Shown here: positions 38,909 to 50,618 of the stretch, piece after piece | How positions within the stretch are numbered: position 1 is the first letter of the stretch | Layout of the letters: each line of letters begins with the position of its first letter | From: Octopus sinensis | Lineage: Eukaryota | Direction: 5' to 3' | Assembly: GCF_006345805.1 (NCBI RefSeq) | Contig: NC_043020.1 | Span: 6,386,001-6,450,000, forward strand | DNA length: 64,000 bases | Made by a program: the position numbers and the translations under genes | The notes under the pieces: model-generated | Database searches by the model: none | Seen by the model: the letters and a program-made list of their open reading frames with translations, nothing else | What the model was told of the DNA's origin: nothing

Positions 38909-40285
38909 AGAAATAGAAGTCAGTACACCACCAATTCGGGCCCCACCCAATCCATTTTCGGAAAATAAGTGTACAATTATCTGTGGGATGGTCAAATTAA
39001 TTTAATTGACACAAAAAACCTGAAATATTATCAAATTTATTTGGTGTTTTCAGCGGTCAATGTACAAACAAACAAACTTGGCTTTTTGTATGAATATAAG
39101 TTATATATTTATTTAGTCTATCTTTTACTTGTTTCAGTCATTAGACTATGGCCATACTGGAGCACCACCTTCAGTTCTTTTTTTTTTTTTAGTTGAATGA
39201 ATCAATCCCCATACAGTATTGGGGGTTATTTTATTTTTTTTGCTGTTATGGGAGATGTAAACAAACCAACATTGGCTGCCAAGTGATAGTGAAGGGCAAA
39301 CACACACACACACACATGATGGGCTTCTTTCAGTTTCCATCTACAAAATCCACTCACAAGGCTCTGATCAGCCTAAGACTATAGTAGAAGATACCTGCCC
39401 AAGATTTCCTGCATGGACTGAACCAGGAACCATGTGGATGGCAGGCAAGCTACTTACCACACACCCACACATACATATACATTTATTTATTTATTTATTT
39501 CAGTCATTTGACTGCGGCCATACTGGAGCACCGCCTTTAGTCGAACAAATTGACCCCCAGGACTTATTCTTTGTAAGTCTAGAACTTATTCTATCAGTCT
39601 CTTTTGCCAAACCTCTAAGTTATGGGGACGTAAACACACCAACATCGGTTATCAAGCGATGGTAGGGGGACAAACACAAACACACAGTTTCCGTCTACCA
39701 AATCCACTCACAAGGCTTTGGTCGGCCCGAGGCTTTAGGGGAAGACACTTGCCCAAGATGCCGCACATTAGGATTGAACCAGGAACCATGTGGTTAGTAA
39801 GCAAGCTACTTACCACACAGCCACATGTGTCTGAGTGTCTAAATGTATAAGTATATACTAATTACACAGAACTTATCCTTATGTATAATCATACACACAG
39901 GTCTAACTGTAAGGGAGGTAACCACTCACTGTTGTGCACACACGAAAGTGTAATTGGGGAAAAAGAAGCAAAAATTAAACACATTTTTAGTACTTTCCTT
40001 TTTAAAAAAAAGGCAACAAAAATGTACACATATAAGTGAGTATGTCTGTATCTGTGTGTGTGTGTGTGTGTTTGTGTGTGCATCTGTAAATGAACGAATT
40101 AAGCAAAAATATTGGATTTTAGATAAATTACCTCCCCTTACACAAAGGAGGTCTTCAGGAGATCAGACATGGTTAAGAGAAGTGAAATATTGAAAAGAAC
40201 TTGGAGGGGAGAGGAATATAACTCTAAGAAGAAGAAAAACTACCAGAAAGGAAAGAAATTAATGGAAGAAGGAAAGAAAGAAAGG

Positions 40286-40697
40286 GATCTTTTCGGTTTG
40301 AACGGTAGTGTTTTAAAATAATTTCCACGTAACTAAACACTTTTAAACTTCGTATACTGGTAGAATGTGTTTATAAAACATCATTTTCTCTTGGCTTTAT
40401 TGAGAAAATTCTATGGTTTGTAAGATATTTGTAGTTTTTTTTTCTTCCATTTCTGCAATTTCAACCAATCAATGACGTCTATTGAGGTAAAAAAAAAAAA
40501 AAAAGCATTCTGTACCGTATGACTATGTACCTCGTTTAAGAAACAGATTGGGTTTATTTACATTTGTGAAGAAAAAAAGATACTCTTCCCCCACTCTTAA
40601 CCCTAACCCTAAAACAGATTGAAATGCAATAGATCGATACTAAGGTCATAATTATGGGTAACAATTTCATATGACACCACTAGAAAAAACTGCCGAT
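40286..40697. mobile_element. Second copy of the AGATCT-TIR element, right TIR truncated
   Basis: Homologous to 6875-7294 throughout. Confidence 0.85.
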
Positions 40698-41339
40698 CCA
40701 AAGAAAGAAAAACAGTGCTCTAGAATGGCCAATAACACCAGCCCAGAAATTTAAATCAGTAAAACTATAAAAAATCTTTTGAAAATGAAAGACAAACAGA
40801 CAAATTGTATAACGACCCTTAAAACAGCTGTTGATGACAGGAGAGGTGGTCACGGATGGGTGCTTGGTTCGGAAAAAAATACAAGAAAAGGTTGAGTGGT
40901 TTACCAAGTGAGTTTTACAGAATGTCAGGTCATCTCATTGTGTCATCTTCTCCTTAATTCTACATGATGCTGCAGTTTGTAAAATGACAGTCTACCAAGG
41001 CAGGTGACAGACAGACAGACAGAAAAAAAAAAGCTGGTAAAATGAGAAGACAGGTGAGAATGGAGTGTCGTCTGCAGCTTAAAAAAAAAACCTGGTCACA
41101 GAAAATTGTGTGAGAGTGGTTGAGTAGTGTTGGGAGGAAGAAAATTTAAGAAGATTAAAATCTGGCCGCCAGTCATCGTTGTCATGGTAATCGCTATTTA
41201 ATGTCTGTCTGTCTTCCGTGCTGGCAAAGGTGTGCGTGAGAAAGTTTGAGAGGAGCCAATGAGCCAAAGGACTGTTGCAAGCTCCAATGTATGTGTGTGA
41301 GTGTGTATGTATGTATGTATGTATGTATGTATGTATGTG

Positions 41340-41378
<39 letters not shown>

Positions 41379-41474
41379 TACATGTGTTTATATATACATG
41401 GATATATGTGACCCAAAATGTGACCTCGTGTGTACCATTGGCGATTTTTTTTCCTCTGTCTTTCCTTCTCCTAT

Positions 41475-41509
41475 GTTTCTGACGAAAAGCTCCGCTCAAA
41501 ACGTTAAAC
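41475..41509 (+). ncRNA. Hammerhead-like fold of related family B, canonical CUGACGA core, decayed
   Basis: GTTT-CTGACGA-A-AAGC(TCC)GCTC-AAAA-CGTT-AAAC. Stem I is GTTT/AAAC; two apparent G>A changes fall in stem II and GAAA. Confidence 0.5.
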
Positions 41510-41626
41510 CCTCCTTCTTCCCTTCCTTCCTGAGCGTCCAATAATACTATATTTGTTCCACATCCTCGCGGTGTTGTGTTGTTGTGTTTTTTTTGTGCTT
41601 TCTTGTTTGGATTAACTTTATATATG

Positions 41627-41667
<41 letters not shown>

Positions 41668-42401
41668 TAGAACGAGAGAGAGAGAGAGAGGGAGAGAGAG
41701 AGCGAGAGAGAGAGAGATGAGTAAGTAAAGAATGGTATATATGTGTTTCAAAAGAGAAATATATTTTGTGTGTATATATATATATATATATATACATACA
41801 AGTAAAAGAAGTAGAAGTGTATGTGTTTATATGTGTGTGTGTGTAAAGTAGTATACACATATATGTGTATATATGGGTAAAAAAATGTGTGTAAAAGAGT
41901 AATATACACATATATAGGTGTATATATATGTGTGTAAAAAAAGTGTGTATGTGTGTGTATATAAAAAACAGTGCCAAGTTATTTGAAATTGCGTTATGTC
42001 TCATGGGGCCTTAAGTTTAGCAAATGTAACAGTGTGATGGTCATGGTGGTGGCGGCGGTGGTGGTGGTGGTGAGGGTCATTAAGGGGGGTGGGGGTGGAG
42101 ATGCCGGGCTGTGTAGTGTGGTAGTGCCGATGGAGGTAACCTTTGTGTTGGTAGTGATGGCAGGGACTTCAGATGTGGTGGTGGCGATGATGATGATGAT
42201 GATGATGGTGGCAATGGTGATGATGTATAAGTCATTGTTATGAGGTGTCAGATGAAGATGATGACATATGTGAAGTGTTGCTGGCAACATGGGTGGTGGT
42301 GGTGGTCGTGGCAGAGATGCCATTCAAAGTGACCTTGGTAATGATGATGATGATGGTGGTGGTGGTATTGGTATTGTTCTGTCCCAAGGATCTCACCATT
42401 T

Positions 42402-42440
<39 letters not shown>

Positions 42441-42972
42441 GGACCAGTGTCTATTCTCTTGAGTTGACATGGCAGGGTCTGATTTGAGGAAGATTTAGCT
42501 GCTAGTTTTAGCATGTCAGGTAGACATATAATCTAACCTCATTAGATCAGCAGGTGATGGTGTTGGCAGTGGTAGTCATGTTAATGATTGAGGTGGTGGT
42601 GTTAATGGTAGTGGCAGTGATGGTGGTGACAGTGTTGACGCTGGTGATGATGATGATGGTGACGGTCAGAACTGTGTATATATATATATGAGAATATATG
42701 TATGTGTGTGTGTATGTGTGTATATATATGAGCATATATATATGTGTGTGTGTGTATGTATATATAAAGTGTATATGTATGTGCGTGTATATATATATAT
42801 GAGCATATATGTATGTGTGTGTGTGTGTGTATATATATGAGCATATATATATGTGTGTGTGTGTATGTATATATATATATATATATAAAGTGTATATGTA
42901 TGTGCGTGTATATATATATATGAGCATATATGTATGTGTGTGTGTGTATATATGAGCATATATGTATGTGTG

Positions 42973-43008
<36 letters not shown>

Positions 43009-44051
43009 ATATGTGTGTGTGTGTATATTTATGCGTGTGTGTGTGTGTGTGTTGGCCATTGTCATGAGAAGAGGAGAAAAAAATGTGATGACATATCGGA
43101 AATGTGATAGTTCTGACATTTCTTGTCTTCATACTCCACCACCACCGCCACCACCACATCTGAACACTTTCCGGCAGGATGGGGGGGGGCAGGGTGAATA
43201 CCCCCATTTAATATTTAAACCCCACCCCACCCCACACACAGTGTAGAACCAACAGAGTCGTGTGCAATAAGAGAATATTTCCTATTTCTTATAAATAGAA
43301 CTGTTTTGTTGTTGATGTTGTTGTTGCTTAACATTCATTCACTCATTACCTCCTCCTCCACTACCCCCCCCCCGCATCGTCCCCGCCGCCACCCGCCACC
43401 CCGCACTAATTCCTGTGTTGGTCATCTCGGCTGAAGTTGACCTCTATGACACAGAAGTAGCCAACTTAGGATTAGACCCAGACAAGTCTTCTATTTTAGA
43501 AATTGCCGTCCACTTAGCACTCATCATCATCATCATCATCATATCATCATGTGGGAATTAATGGGAATGAAGGGGGGGGTGTATATGCATGTGTGTGTAT
43601 TTGTCTGTGTGTGTGTACGTATGTGTGTGTACGTGTACATGTATCTGTGTATGTACGTGTATCTGTGTGTGTACGTGTATGTGTGTACGTTTGTGTGGGT
43701 GGGTGCATGTGTGTGTACGTGTATGTGTGTGTATGTGTGTGTACGTGTATGTGTGTGTACGTGTGTGTACGTGTATGTGTGTGCGTGTATGTGTGTGTGC
43801 ATGTATGTGTGTGTACGTTTGTGTGTACGTGTATGTCTGTACGTGTATGTATGTGTATGTGGTGTGTACGTGATGTGTGTGTACGTGTATGTGTGTATAC
43901 GTTTGTGTGTGTACGTGTATGTGTGTATACGTTTGTGTGTGTACGTGTATGTGTGTGTACGTTTGTGTGTGTAGGTGTATGTGTGTACACACAAAGGTGT
44001 AGGTATATGGCTTAGTGGTTAGGGTATTGCACCCTTGATCGTAAGATTGTA

Positions 44052-44841
44052 AGAGTGTTCTTTAGAGCTTCAGGAATGACCAAAAGTCACACAGAACCAA
44101 GTCTGAAGAATATAAAACCTGACGAACAAGTGGTGTATTCTGCTTGATAAGGAATGCTTGGACTAGTGTTTTTCAACCTTTTCGCTGGAGCGGAACCCCA
44201 AGGAAACATTCCACTGGCTCGAGGAACCCCTGTGCAATAATTGTCTTATGCACACATATCTGCATAGGAGAATTAAAAATTACTGTCGATTTTAGCATTT
44301 TTGTAACTTCTTGCGGAACCCCTGGACTGTACTGGTGGAACCCTAAGGTTCTACAGAACCCTGGTTGAAAACCACTGGCTTGGACAATGTAGACGGAATG
44401 AGTGGGTGCATTGTCATGGTAGAGTTGCCAGTTCTTTGCTGCCCACAGGTCAGATCATTTTCACCACATAGTCTTCATAAACTATTCCTCAAACCTTTGC
44501 AATCATTTCATTCTTTCTGCCAGTTTATAGTCTGTCACAACCTGGCTCACTGTCCAATGAGGTGCAGCCATCTATGAACCAGTTATACCACTCCTTTATT
44601 TGTGTTTTTCCCCGTAGCCGAATGTGCTTTGTCATCTTGACTCAAAAAGAAAAATTGCGCAGCACACTCCTCGTGTTTGAACTCGGCGCATCGCTTTGAA
44701 CAACTGGTGCAACCTAGACACAAAAGTTTTTGCACTTGCTCAGAAAGGATGCAGCCATTTACTAGCCATGTGGATTTTGCTTACACATTATTATTTTGTG
44801 CTAAAAAAGATCAAAGTCGGATACTTTTTGACTACATCTCT
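44052..44841 (-). pseudogene. Decayed, internally deleted mariner transposase (interrupted by a hAT MITE)
   Basis: With the MITE removed it reads DLWAAKNWQLYHDNAPTHSVYIVQAFLIKQNTPLVRQVLYSSDLVLCDFWSFLKL*, matching the mariner HDNAPxH and YSPDLAPxDF motifs. A TIR-like end lies at ~44810-44841. Confidence 0.85.
44164..44377 (-). mobile_element. hAT-type MITE (same family as 28073) inserted in a mariner transposase
   Basis: Reverse homolog with a perfect 8-bp TSD GCTTGGAC. Confidence 0.9.
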
Positions 44842-46295
44842 TATATTCACCAGAGAAACCAGTGCTTATTCTATCAGTTTCTCTTGCCAAACCACTAAGT
44901 TACAGGGATGTAAAGAAACCAACAGCCACTGTCAGTCAATGGAGGGAGGATGAACATAAACACACACACACGTGGGCTTCCATTGATCAAATTCACTCAC
45001 AAAGCATTGGTTGGCCCAGAGTAAAAGTAGAAGAAACTTGCCTAGTGTGCTGTGCATATGGACTGAACCCAGGAACACAGAGTAATGTGGACTAACCAAG
45101 AGAGAGAGAGAGATTCATAGGTGTGTGTGAGTGTGTGGTGAGGTTAAGTGTAAGAGTATGTGTGTATAGATGCTGTGCAGACGAGAGTGAGTATATATGT
45201 GGTAAGAAGAGAAAGTGTGTGTATATATGTGGTAAGAGAGAGATAAATTCATAGGTGTGTTTGTGTGTGTGGTGAGGTTAAGTCTAAGAGTGTGTGTGTA
45301 GATGCTGTGCAGACGAAAGTGTGTATATATGTGGTAAGAACGTGTGTGTGTATGTGTATGATAGCGATGATGTGTGGTGTATAGTCATGGTAAGGATGTG
45401 TATGTGTTGTGTGTGTGATACAGTGAGGACCTCTGCATCTGTGTTTGTGAGCAGTGCAGACGTGTATGGAGCATAGCGCAGTGGTCAGAGCATGTTGTCT
45501 GCTGTAGTACTGCATTATATTCCAGTATTTATCTCAGGCTTAGCCGCATTATGGAAGGTGTTTCTGTGTAGCTTTATTAACCTTCATTTAATTACTGATA
45601 AAGGGTCACATCCTAGAAGAGAAAAGGGAACAAAGTCAGTGAAGACCCGGTAGCTGTTTCACCACAGGTGAGGTATCATCAGCCTCCAGCTTGGATGAAA
45701 CAGCTCCCTTTTCCTTTTCATACAGCTCCCTTTACCTGTTTTTCTTTCTTTTCATTATTCTTTTACTTGTTTCAGTCAATTGACTGCGGCCATGCTGGAG
45801 CACCACCTTGAAGGATTTTTTAGTCAAACAAATCAATCCCAGGACGTATTCTTTGTAAGCCTTTTACTTATTCTATCAGTCTCTTTGCTGAACCACAAAG
45901 TTACAGGGACGCAAACACACCAACATCAGTTGTCAAGCAGTGATGAGGGACAAACACAGACACAAAGACACACACACACACATATATACAATGGGCTTCT
46001 TTCAGTTTCCATCTACAAAATCCATTCACAATGCTTTGGTTGGCCGAAGACTATAAAAGAAGACACTTGTCCAAGGTACCATGCAGTGGGACTGAACCCA
46101 GAACCATGTGGTTGGGAAGCAACTTCTTACCACACAACTACATCTGCACCTATAAGTTCAATGTTTTGAAGAACTTCTATGTGGGGTCACTGCTTTGCAG
46201 GGGTGATGACCCCTAATGGTTTTTTTCTTCTTTTTTATCAATTATGACTTCAAGTACTTAGTCCGTAACATGTTTTAACAATCTCTATTAATTAA

Positions 46296-46516
46296 CCTTT
46301 TTGATACCAACCTGGCTGAAACTGTCTCTGGCACTGAGTACAAATGTCTTGTTTTCTTAAGTTTTGAATTAAAATCTTCCACCAAAACTTAGTCACAATT
46401 TATGTTCTTAACACTAGCTTAATGATAACTAAGTTATTTTACTAAATTCTTTGTTATATTTAAAATTAATTGAAAGAAACACAGAGCATCTCAACAGAAA
46501 TATGGTAACAAAAGGG
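46296..46516. mobile_element. Second TTAA-MITE family
   Basis: TTAA|CCTTTTTGATACC...GGTAACAAAAGGG|TTAA. Further copies at ~46641-46838, ~18955-19160 and ~55030-55175, and tandem halves at ~28380-28810. Confidence 0.8.
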
Positions 46517-46916
46517 TTAATCTTTTTCACTCTGTGGGATTTCCACAGGTCCCATTAATATTGATGTTGAAGATATGAAAGATGAAGATGACCGCAATAG
46601 CAATAAAATCATTCTTCCTTTCTTAAACGGCTTCTCTCAACCCTTTCGATACCAATCCAGCTGAAACCACCTCTGGCTCTGTAGTACAAATGTCTTGTTT
46701 ACAAAAGTTCTGAATTAAAATCTTACACCACAATACCAGCTTAATGATAACTAAATTATTTTACTAAATGCTTTGTTATATTTGAAATCAATTGAAAGAA
46801 ACACAGAGCATCTCAACAGAAATATGGTAATGAAAGGGTCAAAGTTCTCTTTGCCATAAAGGGAGGAAACTCAGATAGAAAGAACAAGGTAGCTTTTTGT
46901 TTGATGCGCACTTTAC

Positions 46917-46952
<36 letters not shown>

Positions 46953-47791
46953 TTTTTTTTTTTTACAAATGAGCATTTAATATATGATGTAGAGGACATG
47001 TCCTTGCTCGATGTTGGTGAGTCACCTGAAAGATTACATCAACGTATATGAACAGTGTGCATTGATAAAGTGAACCACAAAATCCGAAGAGTGAATGTGT
47101 CTGTGTATGTATGTATATACATGCATACAAATATATGTTCAATGCTCAAAATGAGGAGTAGAGAGACAGCCAACAACTGATGAAGGGTCATTCTTTGTGT
47201 TACTTGTCCTGTTTTCCATTTGTTTGCATATTGAACTCATTTGTTTTCGTATTTCATGTTGTTCACTGTTAATGACGTCCTAGGCACCAGAATTTAGTAT
47301 GGTATTATCCATACAATTTTAAAATAAGGTGATTAGAATAAAATAAGCAACAAGGATATCCAGAGATCCCTGTTGCTTATTATATTATATATATATACCA
47401 TATTAATAAAATACAGAAATACAGATAATGCATTTGGTATTTGAAGCTTTATAAAGCATATACACATTACAGCAAATCAACTGTCAAGATTACACAATCA
47501 CTTGGTGAAATTATATCTTATCAATTCACCTCATTAGTGTTTTGGCAAAACACATACAAAGCAGGCTTCCTAGAGTTTCTGTCAAACAAATTTCACTCAG
47601 TAGACATTGATGAACTTGTAGTAAAAGTGTCAAAAGACATTCACCCAAAGCCAGCATGCAACAGGGTTGAATCCGGACCCATGTGGTTACAAACCAGGCA
47701 TTTTAACCACGTAGACAACCTTGCTGCAGCCCTCACCTTCTCCAATTTAGACCAGACATTATCAGAAAATTAGAAGGAAATTAATACTTAC

Positions 47792-47850
47792 TGGTCAAGT
47801 TCATTCCCATCAGAATAATCCTTGATGGTGTTGTTTAAATGGAGATTTTC
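47792..47850 (-). CDS. SCHIP1: 59-nt internal exon (ENLHLNNTIKDYSDGNELD) of the same gene
   Basis: Acceptor ctttcttttcttcttctttttcttag| and donor CA|gtaagt. Phase 0 to phase 2, in frame with both the 26214 and 22868 exons. Confidence 0.75.
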
Positions 47851-47950
47851 CTAAGAAAAAGAAGAAGAAAAGAAAGTGAGATCGCAGTAAATAAATAGAA
47901 TAGGAAAAGACTCATAGCATTCTTTAAATAAATATGTGCTTATATACAAT

Positions 47951-47982
<32 letters not shown>

Positions 47983-48109
47983 CCATTTTCATTATTTGCA
48001 TTGATAGTATGCGTTTTTTACTATTATTATTTTTAACTTATTATCATTATTATTATTATTGTTGTTGTTTTCATTATCATTAACAATATTATTATCATTC
48101 TTAATATCA

Positions 48110-48140
<31 letters not shown>

Positions 48141-48579
48141 CATTCTTAATATCATTATCGTCATGGAAAGCAGACGCTAAACGATGATGATGATATTATT
48201 ATTATTCTTACTATCATTATCGTTATTATTATTATTATTATTCTTAATATCATTATCGTTATTATTATTATTATATATCCAACTTAATATGGATGCCTAA
48301 GAAGGTATTCAAATTAAGTTGGATATAAAGATTATCTTTTGATATTAATACTGCTTCTGTCGCCAATAATCAATTATTATTATTACTATTATTATTATTA
48401 TTATTATTATTATTATCGTTCAAATCCAAAGATCCAATTTCTGTGGATGAAACGGATTTGTATTGACATAGAGGAATTATTGGAAACACAGAAATGATTT
48501 TGTGTGCCATTATGTCATACGCAATTATAGTGAATAATAACGACTGCAGGAAATTGCAAAGGACACGGCTATTGCTACT

Positions 48580-48912
48580 ACTACTATTATTATTATTCAA
48601 TAGTTTTATTTTTATAGCGTGCTTTCACTTCACTACCGAGTGCAGTTCTGTGTGCCTTGGGTATGTGCTGTGATTTGTTGTGATGCTCTGATGGTTATTG
48701 TATGGAAAGTGTTCTGCGTAGGATGTGTGCAGTGCCTAGTAGTGCAATTTTCTGTATGTTATATGTGTTTGTAAGTCCTGGTGTTTTTGTTATGTATTTG
48801 TCTGAATATTTTTTTATCATACCTCATGCACCTACTATGACAGGAATTGTTTCTGTTTTCAGATTCCACATTCTAGTTACCTCTATTTCCAGGTCTTTGT
48901 ATTTTGAGAGTT
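48580..48912 (-). mobile_element. 3' end of an R4/Dong-type (restriction-like endonuclease) non-LTR element
   Basis: EKLSKYKDLEIEVTRMWNLKTETIPVIVGA*G...IQKIALLGTAHILRRTL, followed by a 3' UTR and (TAA)n tail. Confidence 0.8.
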
Positions 48913-49358
48913 TCTCCATTTCTTCTTCTTATTATTATTATTATTTTTTTTTAATTTTTATTATTATTAAGGCAGTGAGCTGGATGAACCATTAGCACAC
49001 CAGCCAAAATTCTTAGTGGTATTGCGCCAGTTACTATGTTCTGAGTTCAAATTCTGCCACGGTCAGCTTTTGCCTTTCATCCTTTCAGTTGCACCGTCCA
49101 ACCCATGCCAGCATGGAAAGCGGACGCTAAACGACGATGATGATGATAATGATGATGATGATTATATTTTTTTTCCTTCTTTCTTCAAATTTTCTTCCAT
49201 TTCTCGCCGAGTGTTTTCCGCACACCTAGAGCAGAGAAGCTCATTGTATGCATTGCCAGTATTATTATTATCGTTATTATCATTACTGTCTGCAGCTGAC
49301 AAAGCCTAACACAGAAATGCATGCATCCAATAATCCAATGACATCGTTTATAGCCCAA

Positions 49359-49743
49359 CTAGCAGTATCGCCCGGCGTTGCTCAGGTTTGTAAGGGAAAT
49401 AACTATAAAGCATTTTTAGAGAGTTATAGCCAAAAAATAGCAAAAAAATGGAAAAAAATTATGGTAAATTTTTTATTTTAAATTAAAAAAGGTGGAGTTG
49501 CGTCCCCTAGACAGTTTGTGGTTTGTGTTTATGATTCTCGACCCCATGTCGAATTTATCGAATTTTTTCAGAACTGGGGGAACTTTTCAAAATTTTCGCT
49601 GCATTAGTTTTGAATTATGACATTGGGCTATGTGTGTGTCAAGTTTCATCAGAATCGGTTGAAAGCCGTGGTCAGGGTGAGGGTACAAGCAAACAGACAC
49701 ACAGAAGCACGCACAGACAAACTGCCGTTTATATATAGAGAGA
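49359..49743 (-). mobile_element. Non-autonomous Helitron-like element (third interior)
   Basis: Same termini and a shared ~100-bp 3' segment, with a distinct 5' interior. Confidence 0.72.
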
Positions 49744-50299
49744 TGATGTTGCTTATGAGAAGATATTTCTCCTGTGATTATCTCCCTTTTTCCGCAGCAA
49801 AACCTCTTCCCACATCTGAGTTTAGGCAAACATATCAAATGTGACTGTTTACATTTAGACATATATATATGTGTGTACGTGCATATGCTCGTGTGTACAT
49901 GCATGTGTGTGTGGGTATATGTGTGTGAGTGTGTGTGTGTGTGTACATATATGTGTGGAGGCACATGGCCTAGTGGCTAGAGCAGCGGACTCGCAGCCGA
50001 GGGATTGCAGGTTCGAATCTCAGACTGGGCGATGAGTGTGTTAATGAGCGAAACACCTAAGCTCCATGTGGCTCTGGCAGAAGGTAATGGCGAACTTCTG
50101 CTGACTCTTTTGCCACAACTTTCTCTCACTCTTTCCTCCTGCATCTTGCAGCTCACCTGTGACAGACCAGTGTCCCATCCAGGTGGGGAACCTATACACC
50201 AATGAAACCGGGAAACTGGTCTTTATGAGCCAGGCATGGCTCAAGAAGGAAGAAACAACAACAACAACATACATATATGTGTGTGTGTGTGTGTGTGTA

Positions 50300-50536
50300 T
50301 TAGGTTGCCACATAATTATTGAGGCTTTTTTTCAACAAAATCAATACCAACATGTAACAATAACAACTTTAAATGATTATTCTGGAGCATATTCACCATC
50401 TACTTCAATTACTGCTTCCCATTTGCTTGGCAGACGGTCAGACTGTCATTTGAAGATGTTTTTGTTGAATATCGTTATTGTTTTTGTTGAATAAAATTTG
50501 TTGAAAATAAGCCGCAATAATCATGCACCAACCTCA
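50300..50536 (-). mobile_element. Mariner-derived MITE, reverse copy of 36041
   Basis: Same TIRs and interior, TA-flanked. Confidence 0.85.
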
Positions 50537-50558
50537 TATATGTAAGTATGTGTGTATA

Positions 50559-50618
<60 letters not shown>

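Noticed and set aside
43418-43520. Plus-strand peptide YDTEVANLGLDPDKSSILEIAV, reminiscent of a DEDDh exonuclease motif I
   Set aside because: It is very short, the motif spacing is off, it has no clear splice signals, and it runs into a (CAT)n tract; likely chance.
1366-46216. Recurrent ORFs of the type [40 protein letters not shown]
   Set aside because: They are chance reading frames in multicopy SINE-A, not a gene family.
47167-47180. CTGATGAAGG as another hammerhead core (also CTGATGA at 61802)
   Set aside because: No correctly placed GAAA or stems are visible.
48274-48327. 15-bp inverted repeat TATATCCAACTTAAT...ATTAAGTTGGATATA, and a similar hairpin at ~47335-47385
   Set aside because: The sequence feature is real, but it is most simply a collapsed remnant of a small TIR element; there is no evidence of function.
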